Shown here: positions 9,513 through 20,610 of the stretch, piece by piece
Position numbering within the stretch: the stretch's first letter is position 1
How the letters are laid out: each line of letters begins with the position of its first letter
DNA from: Hydrurus foetidus
Lineage: Eukaryota
NCBI GenBank assembly: GCA_900617105.1
Contig: UYFQ01000763.1
Span: 1-38,200 of the forward strand
Length of the DNA: 38,200 bases
Reading direction: 5' to 3'
Made by a program: the position numbers and the translations under genes
The notes under the pieces: model-generated
What the model was told of the DNA's origin: nothing
The model's input: only the letters and a program-made list of their open reading frames with translations
The model's database searches: none

Positions 9513-12263
9513 CTATGAAGCATTCAAGATATCGGTGTGGGCGGGGGGATATTTTGAAAAGTAAAAAAGTGCAGCGCTCAGCTTGTCCAGCCCGATGTTG
9601 AAGACAGCTGAGGTGGGTCGAAGCAAATTGTCCACATCGCCGTACACCTGTGTGGATGAGCGTGGAAAGCAGACAGCATTAGAATTATTATCATATGATA
9701 GCCCATCATGCCTCTTAAGGAGCGCTACAGACTTGATGTTACCTGCGGTAGACCGACGCTGCCATGGGACCCAGGGGAGGTGACGTACGGCTGGATGTTC
9801 GTAGACTGAGAAATAGCGAGGCCGCTGAGAGCATAGCAGCTGGTGGTGGGGTGCAGATAGAGATAGTGGAAGGGAAGTAGTAGGTCAGTGTAAAGTGATT
9901 GTTCGATTAGCGAGATTAATAGATGAAGGATGGAGCAGAATAGGTAAGTTAAGTTGCCTTCATAGAGTTAAGGGCAGTGCAGTGTCTCATTAAATGGAGT
10001 GTCGCCTTTACCGGAGAGGCTCACCTGTGGTAATAGTCTCTACCCTTGCCTGGCTTGTCTGGTAGATTGAGGAGAAAACAGCCATGAATCAGAAATGCAA
10101 ACAACAAAATAGCAAATGTAGAGAATCCGCGACTAATCTCGAACACTTGTTTGCAAAATGTCATGAGCGCTTTTCGAATTATAAAGAATGCATGTAGATA
10201 TAGGCATACACACAATCTGACTCTCTCTCAGACACTCTCTCTCACACGCACACACATACACACAGCGTAAAGTGGTCTCACCTCTCAGTCCCCCTCCGTC
10301 TAGCTGTTGGCCGCAATGTAGGATGTACCGCTGAAGAGCTGTAGGGACAGACATGGAATAGAGATGAAGAAGGGGTGAGGTAGGAGATAAGATGTTTGAG
10401 AATGGAATATGATTATTGATTAGCAAAATGGATGAATTTTTTCCAAATTGGATTAAAATGGAGCAAATTTTATATGAGGGAAGGAGTTCTGGGTCAGGAT
10501 TCTGAATTCAAGTAATCGAAATTTGCACCGATTTCATTCTATTTGATCATCGATAACGACCACCACCATCCATATCAAATTAGATATACTTCACGGAAAC
10601 AATCAACACAGTTATTTGTCACGAAGAATTGTTGTGCTTGATTCCTAGTACTTTCGAATACCAGAAAACATAGTCATTATCGCTGGCCCACAATGATAAT
10701 AAAGAGTCTCACCTTTTTGATTGAAGGAGAGGGCGCCACTTGTGTCCTGCACTGCTGCTATTTGCTGCGACTCCACCACACCCTCCTCCACACAGGACTC
10801 ACAATACTGAGCAGCAGCCGCATTACCTCCTACTGAGCCCTTCACTGCACTAGTCTTCGCCTCCTTCACAACAGTGTCTACACTGTCGCATTTATTTTCC
10901 TTCCCTTTTAACCCTTCGAATGAAGTGTACTGCTTGATCGGCTGGCTCAGCAGATCTTGTACCGACACCTCTCCTATCTCCCAGTCAGATGATGTCGGAA
11001 TAGGAACAGAAAGAGGGTGACACAATTCTTCGTGTTCTTGCATGTCGTTCCCATTTCCTTCTCTAGTCGCACCGACACTCTCCCCTTCACTCAGTCCCAC
11101 ACTGCTGTCGCTGCTGGACATACCTACCGTGCGACATGGATGATGATAGAAAATAAACAGAATATGTTGGGAGTGAGGAAATACTGATCATACTACATGA
11201 GCTACCTACCTCAAGTCTCACGCACTGTAATTGATTCACCTCTCACATCATATGGAAGTAGTGCGTGCGTCAGTCAATGAGAGAAAAGATATGACGTAAC
11301 AGATATTGTCTGACATAATATGTATACCTGCAGCTGCTGCTGCTCCTCTAGTATTATTGATGTCAGACATAGGGGATGGGACCTCAGGCTGAGGGCGAAG
11401 GTTTTGGTGTGCATGTACGTGTTGGTCCATATCGAACGTGTCTCCCCCTCCGCACCTAACAATATTCACCAGAGCCAACGCTGCGCCCTTCATCAAGAAA
11501 TGCGATCGGAATAGAATGAGAATGGGAATGAGTGGTGGAAGGGTGATAAAGGTAAAGATGTAGTATGAAAAAAAAGAGAAATGAATCAGACAGAGGAGTA
11601 AAATCAATAGTATCGAAAGTCGTCTGACACACGTAAAGAGATCAACACTATCCCTACCGCTAGTACGATGCGATCTAGTTGGGACACACTTCAATCCCTC
11701 ACATAGAACAATAGAATTTCCAATGCGATTGACTGAATATCCGCTAGTCGTGTCACCTGCCAGAACGAGTAGCACGAGTCAACCAGTTTGTTGGTCCTCC
11801 CTTGGAACCCTCCCTCCAGTTTCACCTGTCTCCTGAGCAACCAGCCCTCCTGAGCGTCTATGTCACACTGATTGGCCTGAGTCAAGTGATGTGATTATAT
11901 GGGATATGGTATGGTGTGGTGTGATGTGAGGAGGAGCGTAAATAGGAGATAGGCTGATTGATGTAAAATTGTCATGTCAGACTACATTGAGTCAAGCCAG
12001 AGTAAGAAGGGTCTTCAGTCATCATTATTCTCACTAAGTCATCGATCCTATCTGTCCTGTCGATCTGTCTGGGTGTTGCATAGCGATCTCAACTACATTG
12101 TCTCCCTTCACTGCTCACCACGACTTCGTCTTCGAGTCACTTCCAACATAACAAACACGAGGCCTAGGATAGAATGCGAACATGAAGACGCACTCACTCA
12201 CTCCTTACATCCTCGATCTCCCTCCCTCCCTTCCTCCCTCAATCTCACTCTCTCTCAGACACA

Positions 12264-12315
<52 letters not shown>

Positions 12316-14844
12316 CACCGCATTCAGTATGAGCAGTCCTGCCAGAGTGCAGAAGTTGTAACCGCCATGCGCCTCGTTGCCCGGCTCTCCCCCGAACCCT
12401 CCCTCGTACGTCTGGCAGGAGAGCAGATACGAAGCACATCCTGACACTAGCTCTGGAGGAATCATAGTAGGGAATAGGGGTGGAGGGGAGTGTAAGATAT
12501 CAGTGATGGCTGAATGGGCGCATTAAGTAAGATATGTGTTTTCATACCAGTGACTCAAACCATGACAGAACACATCACAACGCAACACGGTGCAATATCA
12601 TATAGTACCATGGAAATAAAACATACAATATTCGATGTTACAGCCAAGGATATCACAGGAAAAAATAGGATAGCATAGATTGAAATGGGATAAGATAATG
12701 ATGGCGCACGTACTCCAGCGCATAGTGTACGACATACGTGGACTGAAATGACATAACCTAATCCGACCTAATCTGATCTTATCTGGCGTTACCTGGTGTT
12801 AGTATGTTGAGGATGCGAGCCACTGCAAGCACCGTGTATGTGGACCGACTGTCCACCTCCCCATCCCTTCAAAACAATGTTGAGTAGAACATAGTATAGG
12901 GCGGCACTTACAATTCACTAATTGCGAGCAAAGATGCACATGTGAAGAAACACATACAATGCAGACGCAGAGACACATTCCTCCACACACAAAAATCGTT
13001 CAGAGAAATTAGTTGAGGCCAGTATTTTGGTAGGTGGTAGGTGAGTAAGTCGGTAGTCAGCTGCACAGACAGACATACAGAGACACACACTGACAAACAG
13101 ACAGAGCACTGCTGCCAACACAAATATAAGGACGTACAAATGCAAAGTACCACACAGCACAGCACAGCACACAGACTGACAGACTCACTGATGTATTCTG
13201 AATCCCCCACACGTATCCTTGGCTCTCAAGAAGAATCGGTAGATGTTGCTCCGGTCTACGGACCCGAAGGCTTCGCCACTTCCGACAGTGCAGAGAGCCA
13301 GCACAGCGGCATACGTGGGGGCCCTGATTAATGTTCCGAATGGGTATGGGTATGGGATGTGATGAGAGGGCATGACAGGTAGTTAAATCATACAGCAGAG
13401 GAGCATGGCAGTTGTTCGGAGGGAGACAGAATATAGGAGCCTCAAAATATAGGAAGATGTGAGATATAAGGCAATGCAAGGCTATGCGACATTTGGTGTT
13501 TGATGGACAGCTAGCTCCACTTGGTCTCTCTTTCCCCAACTTCGATAACCTTCACCGTAACCCTATCCCCACCACACAATCTGACTTTCAAACCAACGGC
13601 CAGCACTACTAACTAGCGCGCCTAGTCTCTGCCTGTACGTCCACACACTACATCTCGACTCACCCGTGAGACAACTGGTTGGGACCCCCTCCATAGCCCC
13701 GCCCCCAGCTGTCCTTCTGTCCGTCCTCTTCCCAGAGGTGCAAAGGGCGGGACTGCATGGACCGCAGAGTGGTGATGACTCGTGCGTACAGATGTACGGG
13801 CTCCTTGTCGAGTAAGTACAGTGCGTGCAGAATCCAGTACAGGATCCAGGGTCGACTTTAAGGAACGGACGATGGATGATGAAAGGGAGGAGATATTAAA
13901 TCTGTTCTTCGGTAGAATGACTACGTAGAGATGAGACAAATAAGCGCACAAAGATGTCATCAATACCGAGTATTTAACATGACGTGACATTTATCACCTC
14001 GCATCGAGACTAACAAAGCCAGCAGGCAAGACACCCAGACCACCAGTGAGATATTTGCAGTGTGCGCTCCTTAGCAGTCTTATCTCGTCCTCGTCATTTA
14101 TCAACCAGTCGCTGTGCAGCTTCTCAATCACTTCCTAACACCCAAAAGAATATTTAAACAGCCATAGGAGTAAGGGGAGGAAAATGTGAACGCAGCTGCA
14201 GAGTTGTAAAAGACCGCAGATTAGTGGTCTATTCGTATTTATGGTTGACTGCGATGTTGACCCATTCAGCAATACCAAATTTACCTTTGAATAGGTATTG
14301 AAAGATACTAGGTAGTTGGCACACTCTTTCTCGCAAGCACACTAAAAGTTCAGAGGAGGAAGAAACTTTCATGAGATCTTCTTGCTGATCATATATATTG
14401 CAGCCTCATCGCATTATTTCTTCGCTACATGCGTGAGATTATGCGTTAGATGCGTCTACTAGGAACATTTGTTGAATATTAAAGTCGTCCCAACACCACT
14501 CGCTCCAAAGCTTATCAAAAACGATTAGGTCGTCTGAAAATGGCAGAATCAGCAAGTAGACCCCTCATAACTATCGATATTCTCAGCAAAGTATGTTTTC
14601 CTTGTCAGAGAAGTTCATAATAATTAATACAAGGTGAGACTCTGAATAAAAGACATTTGTCGAAATGTGGAACGCCAGTAGCCAAATAGTGTCATTATCG
14701 TGAAAGTAGCTACCGAATAAAGTCTCCCCGAATTAGCTGATGTGGCTGCTGCGTTACTGATGTGATTTGACTGACCTGTTCTTTCGCTGTGGTTCCTTCA
14801 TCACCATCCTCACACTGAAACCAAAGTCCCTCAAAGGCATCCAT
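9513..14844 (-). CDS. FNTB: Protein farnesyltransferase beta subunit, 14 exons, about 603 aa
   Basis: Exons read by hand, all introns GT-AG and phases consistent: 14776-14844, 14285-14341, 13998-14134, 13664-13855, 13189-13323, 12793-12866, 12319-12452, 11757-11876, 11328-11487, 10713-11123, 10282-10338, 10025-10058, 9743-9839, 9513-9647. Motifs LDASRPWILYW (FTase-specific Trp pair), APTYAAV, GEVDSRSTY, YEGGFGGEPGNEAHGGYNFC, GFQGRTNKLVDSCYSFWQG and DKPGKGRDYYHSCYALSGL (Zn ligands D, C, H). Confidence 0.93.
12245..12316. repeat. compound (TC)n/(CA)n microsatellite in an FNTB intron
   Basis: Directly visible dinucleotide runs. A similar shorter tract lies at about 10220-10265. Confidence 0.9.
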
Positions 14845-14958
14845 CAGCTCCTCCAAATGAAACTGAGTGAAAAAGGCACTCCAGAAAGTTCGGCAGAATG
14901 TTGTTGATATTGTCGTGGAAAAGCGGGAGATAATGGAGGCGAAATGAAGCCTAACCCG

Positions 14959-15230
14959 TGTTGTATATTACATACGTAGCACTGGTGTTGGTACGAGGTG
15001 TACGTGCACAGGCGACACTTCGTGGGTGATTTGTTACGTGCGCGACACTTTGAATGCGTGATCGAAAATACATATACTAGTTTGAAGTTGCGAACTGTAA
15101 ACTTTGTGGGCATGCTCGTGCGTCTTGCTCCACAAGTTTTAATAACAAGTCATTGATCACAGAGACCATTTTACGAGCCTTGAGAAGATTTCCGTGTAGC
15201 GAATCTTACAGAAATCCGAGTTTCTCAACA
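14959..15230 (+). repeat. 5' LTR of outer copia (272 bp)
   Basis: TGTTG...CAACA; duplicate at 25275-25546. Confidence 0.97.
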
Positions 15231-15240
15231 TATTAAAACT
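15231..15240 (+). promoter_or_regulatory. non-tRNA, self-complementary primer-binding site of outer copia
   Basis: TATTAAAACT is the exact reverse complement of AGTTTTAATA at 15135-15144 inside the LTR. Confidence 0.7.
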
Positions 15241-18200
15241 AGCAGGAGCCATTGTGATGCCTCCCAAACGCGCCGGTGAACCAAAGGAAGCGCCAGAATG
15301 CATTCTGAGAATTGGAAAGTACAACAATGTTGTAGCTTGGAACTTGGAAATGCGATCTGTTGTGGGAACCCTGTATGGGTCCACAGCCAACTTCCTCACC
15401 GATAACCTGAGATACGTCCCGCCCTTTCCTACGGAAGAGGACTATATTCCTGTCAACCCAGCACTCGCGGAAGGAGTGGCTCCTGCTTCCATGCCAGCTG
15501 CGCTACTTGCAAAGCTACGGGAGGACTGCTTCACTGGGAGACGCAAAGAGATTGCGCAGCAACGCAAAGACGAGCAGAAGATTTGGTCACTCATGTGGAC
15601 ACGCATGTCTCCTGCCTCGCAGAGCAAAGTCCAGGAGGAGCCTGGATACGCCGCCGCGCTATTGGCGCGTGACTGCGTACTGCTGTGGGAGTACATACGG
15701 CGTACTCACCTGACGCATATTTACGGGGAGGGAGACCCTATGCTTGCCCTGAACATTCAGGACCAGGAACAAAGGTACAATGCTATCAAACAGGGGGACA
15801 AAGAGTATGTGTCCAACTTCAAGCTGCAGTTCGACGCTCAAGTCCAGGCGTGCAGGGGTGCTGGGATGGCTGAAATCACAGAACCGAAACGTGCCCTAGA
15901 CTTCATATACAAACTAGACCCAAAGAGATTTAGCAAGATGGTCGCGTTCATGAGGAACAATGCACTATGCATGGAGGGCGAGGCCTTCCCACAGACCCTG
16001 GCGGCCGCGTGCCGTATAGCATCCGGCTGGGTAAACGAAGATACCGGCGGGCCCCAGATCCCAGGATCCGAAACCCACTCTGCTTTTGCCACTGAGGAAA
16101 CGAACTTGGTAACGAAGTCTAAGGACCCTGAGAAAGGCAAACGAAGTACGACCAAGAACGACACAACTGCCAAGAAGAAATCTTCCACGGATGTGGAGTG
16201 CTTCGTGTGCGGCGAAATCGGTCACTACGCTAGAGATTGTCCGCTGAAGAAAGGGTCTGCACGCGCTCTCATGGCAGCTACAAGCGCTGTGAACAACAAA
16301 CGAGACTCATCCGACGACGATGAGGTTGCCTATATCACCTCCGCGGAAATGGTGCTGTTCTCAAGAGACGACGTTCTGTTAGACAGTCAGGCGTCCGTCA
16401 ATGTTTTCTGCAACGAGAAGCTGCTCAAGAATATGAGAAAGTCTGAGAAGCGAGTCGTGCTAAACGGCGTCCAAGCCAAAGCCGACGGTGTGATCATAGA
16501 GCTCGAAGGAGATTTCGGTGTGGTTGGAAAAGTATACTTCAGTAAAGACTCGACGGCTAACATCCTGTCCTACGCTGTTATGGTTGATCAAGGCAACGAC
16601 GTCAGCTATGACAAAATCAACGATCGTTTCCTGTTGAAGCCACTCGGAAGTACAAACGTGTATTCCTTCAGTAGGAAGCAAGTAAGCGGAAGTGAAGGTC
16701 GGTTTTACTGCTGCAATGTTACTTCGATGATGGAAGATCGCACGATCAGATATCCTGTAGCAGAACATGCACTCATCGAAACAACGGCTGAAAACATGCA
16801 GAGGTACTCTAAGAGAGAAATTGATTGCGCCAATCGGGCTAGGAAGTTACTGAGCAAAATGGGATTCCCGCCGGTTATTCAAGCGATGAACATCGTGGGC
16901 CGAGGAAGGAAGTTCGATGTGACGGCTCGAGATTTCATAGTGGCGGATGCTATATATGGGAAGGATATTGCTTCTATGAAAGGAAGAACAACTAAGAGTG
17001 CTACGAAGATTGCTGACATTACAATTGGAGCAGCTATCGTACAACAGGAGCAAATACTTTCAATCGACATTATGTACGTAGACGGAGTGGCATCGCTGAT
17101 CGGTCTTGCCAGTCCGTTGGATCTAACCATGGCGGTATCGCTGCTGTCATTCGACACCCTGCAGAGTTCGAGATCAGCAGTAGTTGTAAAGAAGGGGTTG
17201 GATGGATTTATCTCCACTTTAGCATCAAGGAGTTTTGTCACGAGATTGATAATGAGTGATGGGGAGGGAGCCATCGGTGCTATCAAAGATGATCTGAACA
17301 ACCTTGGTATAGAGGTTGACGTCAGCGGGGCTGGCGGTCACGTGGCTAGGATCGAAAGAAGGATCCGAACGGTGAAAGAAAGAGTAAGAGCTTTCATATC
17401 ACATGAACTGCCGTTCACCCTCACTGCTCTGGGCGTAGCCATGCTGGTTCTATTCTGCGTGTCGAGAATTAATTATCAGACATCTGAGTCAAGACATGGT
17501 GAGGATTGTCCGCGCGTAGTATTTACCGGGAGACAAGTTGACGCTAGACTGGATTACAGGATCGGATTCGGAGAATACGCACAGTGTACTGTGCCCAACA
17601 CTGATGCGACGATGGCAGCGAGAACCGAGGATTGCGTAGCTATGCTGCCGACTGGAAATAGAACTGGTTCTGTGAAGATGATGTCAATCAGCACTGGCAG
17701 GCTGGTAACTCGCGACCAGTTCACGATACTTCCTATGCCATCATCAGTTATTGACAAGCTGAACGATATGGCTGTTGCCGAAGGAAGGAAGGTCGTCGTT
17801 AATAGAAACATGGTGTATGGTATACAGAGTGGATTACGAAAAGCAGATGATCCTACATACATGAGATCGTTTGAAGTCGTTACGGTAGACCCGGCGGTTA
17901 CGGCCAACAGTACTACAACAGAGGACGCGTATGAGTTTCCTCAGTTTCCATCGATAGATCAGCAAACGCTTGGGGACGACGTCGGCGTAGGACGAGAGGC
18001 GGAAGCGGAGATGCGGAATACAGACTATTATGACATGCCAGATTTAGATGTGGGACCACTGATTGAGTTTGAACCATATGTCGAATCCAACGCCAACCCT
18101 GATGCGTCAGTGCCAGTGACGCCACCGAGATCTGTTCTCACTCCTGTGTACACGAGATATAAAGCAGCTGCACAGCGGAGCCCACCACTGAATAGAGATC

Positions 18201-19223
18201 TAATGCACTACTACAACGCGAACGATGCTGTGCTGACGAGTGCACTTGCAGATACGGGAGTACGCAACGAGCATGTTATGAACATCTCAGTGAAGGAAGC
18301 ATTGAGAAGTAGGGGTGCGGAGGCCGAAAGGGTAATACTTATGGAGCTTTCCCAGATGATAGACAAAAAAGTATGGACGCCTGTACATATCGGAGTGCTG
18401 TCGGGTACGGAAAAACGCGGGATTATCCGTTCTCAAATGTTCCTGAAGGAAAAATACTTACCGACGGGGGTGTTCGAAAAGCTGAAGGCGCGTCTGGTTG
18501 CTGGCGGGAATCAGCAGGATAAGGACTTGTATGACGACTTGTCGTCTCCCACGGTCTCTACTAGCGCGGTGATGACCGTGTTCGCGATAGCGGCATATGA
18601 GAAGAGAAATGTGTCGGTTGTAGATATCGGAGGAGCTTTCCTGAATGCGACTATGGACACAGGAATTACAGTGTATATGAGACTAGACAAGACCATGTCG
18701 CTCATGGTGTGTAAGATCGATAAAGGATATGCAGATTACGTGGATGACAAGGGATGTGTCGTTGTCCGACTTGATAAAGCGCTCTACGGGTGTGTGGAAT
18801 CGGCAGCATTATGGTACGAGAACCTGTCAGAAGCGTTTAAGACGTGTGGATATGAGAAGAATAAGTACGAGGTATGCGTGTACAATAAACGGAACGAGAA
18901 GGGAATTCAGTGTACTGTGGCCGTGCACGTGGACGACCTTATCATATCCAGTGTAGATGGGGGGATGATTGATGCACTGTGTGACAACCTTAGGAGAAGA
19001 TATGGAATCATTACACGCGCTGATGGGCCTGTTGTGAATTATCTCGGTATGGTCTTTGACCTTACCGTACCTGGGGAAGTAAGAATGACTATGCGCGGAT
19101 ATGTGGAGGATACTATAGCGTATGCTGGTGTACCGGGTACGGCCAAGAGTCCGGCCACGGACGGCCTGTTTGATACTCGAGATGAGGCGGTTGCAGCTGC
19201 AGAGAATGAAAGCTTGTGGTTTC

Positions 19224-19381
19224 TGTTCATGTATGTACAATCATTCGATCTTGACCTCGATCTGCACTTCAATCTGTCTCTGTGCTTTCATTCTCGCTTC
19301 CTTCATAAGTTAATCTAAACCAACGTAAACTTGCCCATCAGTTTACTGAACGTTCTTCAGGTTGCTTCCACTGGTTCAACA
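19224..19381 (+). repeat. 5' LTR of inner copia (158 bp)
   Basis: TGTT...AACA; duplicate at 24364-24525. Confidence 0.96.
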
Positions 19382-19392
19382 GTTTAGATTAA
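19382..19392 (+). promoter_or_regulatory. non-tRNA, self-complementary primer-binding site of inner copia
   Basis: GTTTAGATTAA is the exact reverse complement of TTAATCTAAAC at 19310-19320 inside the LTR. Confidence 0.75.
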
Positions 19393-20528
19393 TGACAGAC
19401 ACAGTCCCGTTCATTACACTCACAAAAGAAAATTTTGCCGAATTTCAAAGGCAAGTCTATGACTATGCGTCAAGCATTTGCCTAGACAACGGTTTTCTAA
19501 CTCATCGGCATGGGCTGCTCTCTTTCGTTGTCACAAACGAAATATGGCAAAATTTGCCTGGAAACGCAGTTCAAGACGACGCAGTGCCGCCCAATATCAT
19601 TCTTCGCCCACGAGATGTTCTCACTCCTCCCGAAATTCCAGCTGAGAACGCCAATGCATGGCGAGTATTTGAATACAGAACAAAAGAATTCGACAAGGTA
19701 GCAGTCGCAGTCCTCCTCCTTACAAGACGCCTCAAGGATGCTTTACCAGCATCAGATCGCAACGAGCTTTCGGATCCGATATTGGGCATGGGCCAATTGA
19801 CCGCATTGCAACTCATGACCCACCTACGCACACAGTATGGTACATTAACATCTGAAGACTTCAAAGCTTTGCACGCACAGTTGACACACAAGCTGGACTC
19901 TGCAACTAACTTCACTGGGTTCGCTGCCGACCAGCGGTTCATTTTCCAACAATTAGCTGCATATGGTCAGCCAATTCCAGAACTCCAGAAATGTGATTTT
20001 CTCCGCAATGGAACTTGCCATCTGTTTCCAGTGCAAAAAGCCATCGATTCCTACCTTACCGCTCATCCGCACACGGCCAACCAAACTTTCAATAACTTGG
20101 TTGCCCACATCACACTGCATTCTCCAAACTTTTCCCAGTCCACTGGAGACATGGGATACACTGCCGCGGCAACCCACATCAATCCAGTTCCAACGTCTGA
20201 AATCTCCTCAACAGTTGCAACACTTCTACTCTCGCCTACCTTCCTCACTGCGTTGGCAACAGCTGCCGCAGCTGCAGCCATCTCTCCTCCACCACGGTCT
20301 CCACGCCCGTCCCGGGCAGGCCGTGGAGGGCGTGGTCAACTCAAAACACCTAACCCATCCACAACAGACTCACAACGTCCCTACTGTTACGCCCATGGAT
20401 ACAATGCTCACTCAAGTGCTGACTGCTACAAAATGCGCTATAGCCCTCTTGCCAAAAACTACACAGATGAGGCACGATTGGCCACCAGTCACACCTCAGT
20501 CGCTGGCGGATCAATTATGCGCTTGTGA
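19392..20528 (+). CDS. gag: copia Gag (378 aa) with C-X2-H-X4-H-X4-C knuckle
   Basis: ATG 10 nt after the LTR (MTDTVP, compare MTEVCL in element 1). Contains YCYAHGYNAHSSADC and ends at an in-frame TGA. Confidence 0.88.
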   Translation: MTDTVPFITLTKENFAEFQRQVYDYASSICLDNGFLTHRHGLLSFVVTNEIWQNLPGNAVQDDAVPPNIILRPRDVLTPPEIPAENANAWRVFEYRTKEFDKVAVAVLLLTRRLKDALPASDRNELSDPILGMGQLTALQLMTHLRTQYGTLTSEDFKALHAQLTHKLDSATNFTGFAADQRFIFQQLAAYGQPIPELQKCDFLRNGTCHLFPVQKAIDSYLTAHPHTANQTFNNLVAHITLHSPNFSQSTGDMGYTAAATHINPVPTSEISSTVATLLLSPTFLTALATAAAAAAISPPPRSPRPSRAGRGGRGQLKTPNPSTTDSQRPYCYAHGYNAHSSADCYKMRYSPLAKNYTDEARLATSHTSVAGGSIMRL

Positions 20529-20610
20529 CGGCTAGGCTTGAGAAGTGATGTGCCTGATGCCACTGTAACTAACACAGTCGATTGCAATCCACCACATCTT
20601 TCTTTCGCCT
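20526..20610 (+). promoter_or_regulatory. putative stop-codon readthrough signal (UGA CGG CUA plus long 3' hairpin)
   Basis: In-frame TGA at 20526-20528. Hairpin 20534-20610 with stacked helices AGGC/GCCT, GAGAAG/TTTCTT, GATGTG/CACATC and ACTGT/ACAGT. Confidence 0.7.

Noticed and set aside
12205..13210. ORFs with ERERER / CVCVC runs
   Set aside because: Translations of intronic microsatellites around FNTB exons.
9513..14844. Geranylgeranyltransferase beta instead of farnesyltransferase beta
   Set aside because: The SRPW..YW tryptophans and DKPGK.RD.YH are FTase-beta features.
19224..19318. C-terminus of the 1354-aa ORF (LFMYVQSF...) and N-termini MLPLVQQF of ORFs 19362 and 24506
   Set aside because: These are translations of inner-LTR sequence, not real protein ends.
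20526..20610. UGA + hairpin as a selenocysteine insertion (SECIS) signal
   Set aside because: No AUGA/GA quartet or apical AA motif is apparent, and the position at the gag/pol junction fits ordinary readthrough better.
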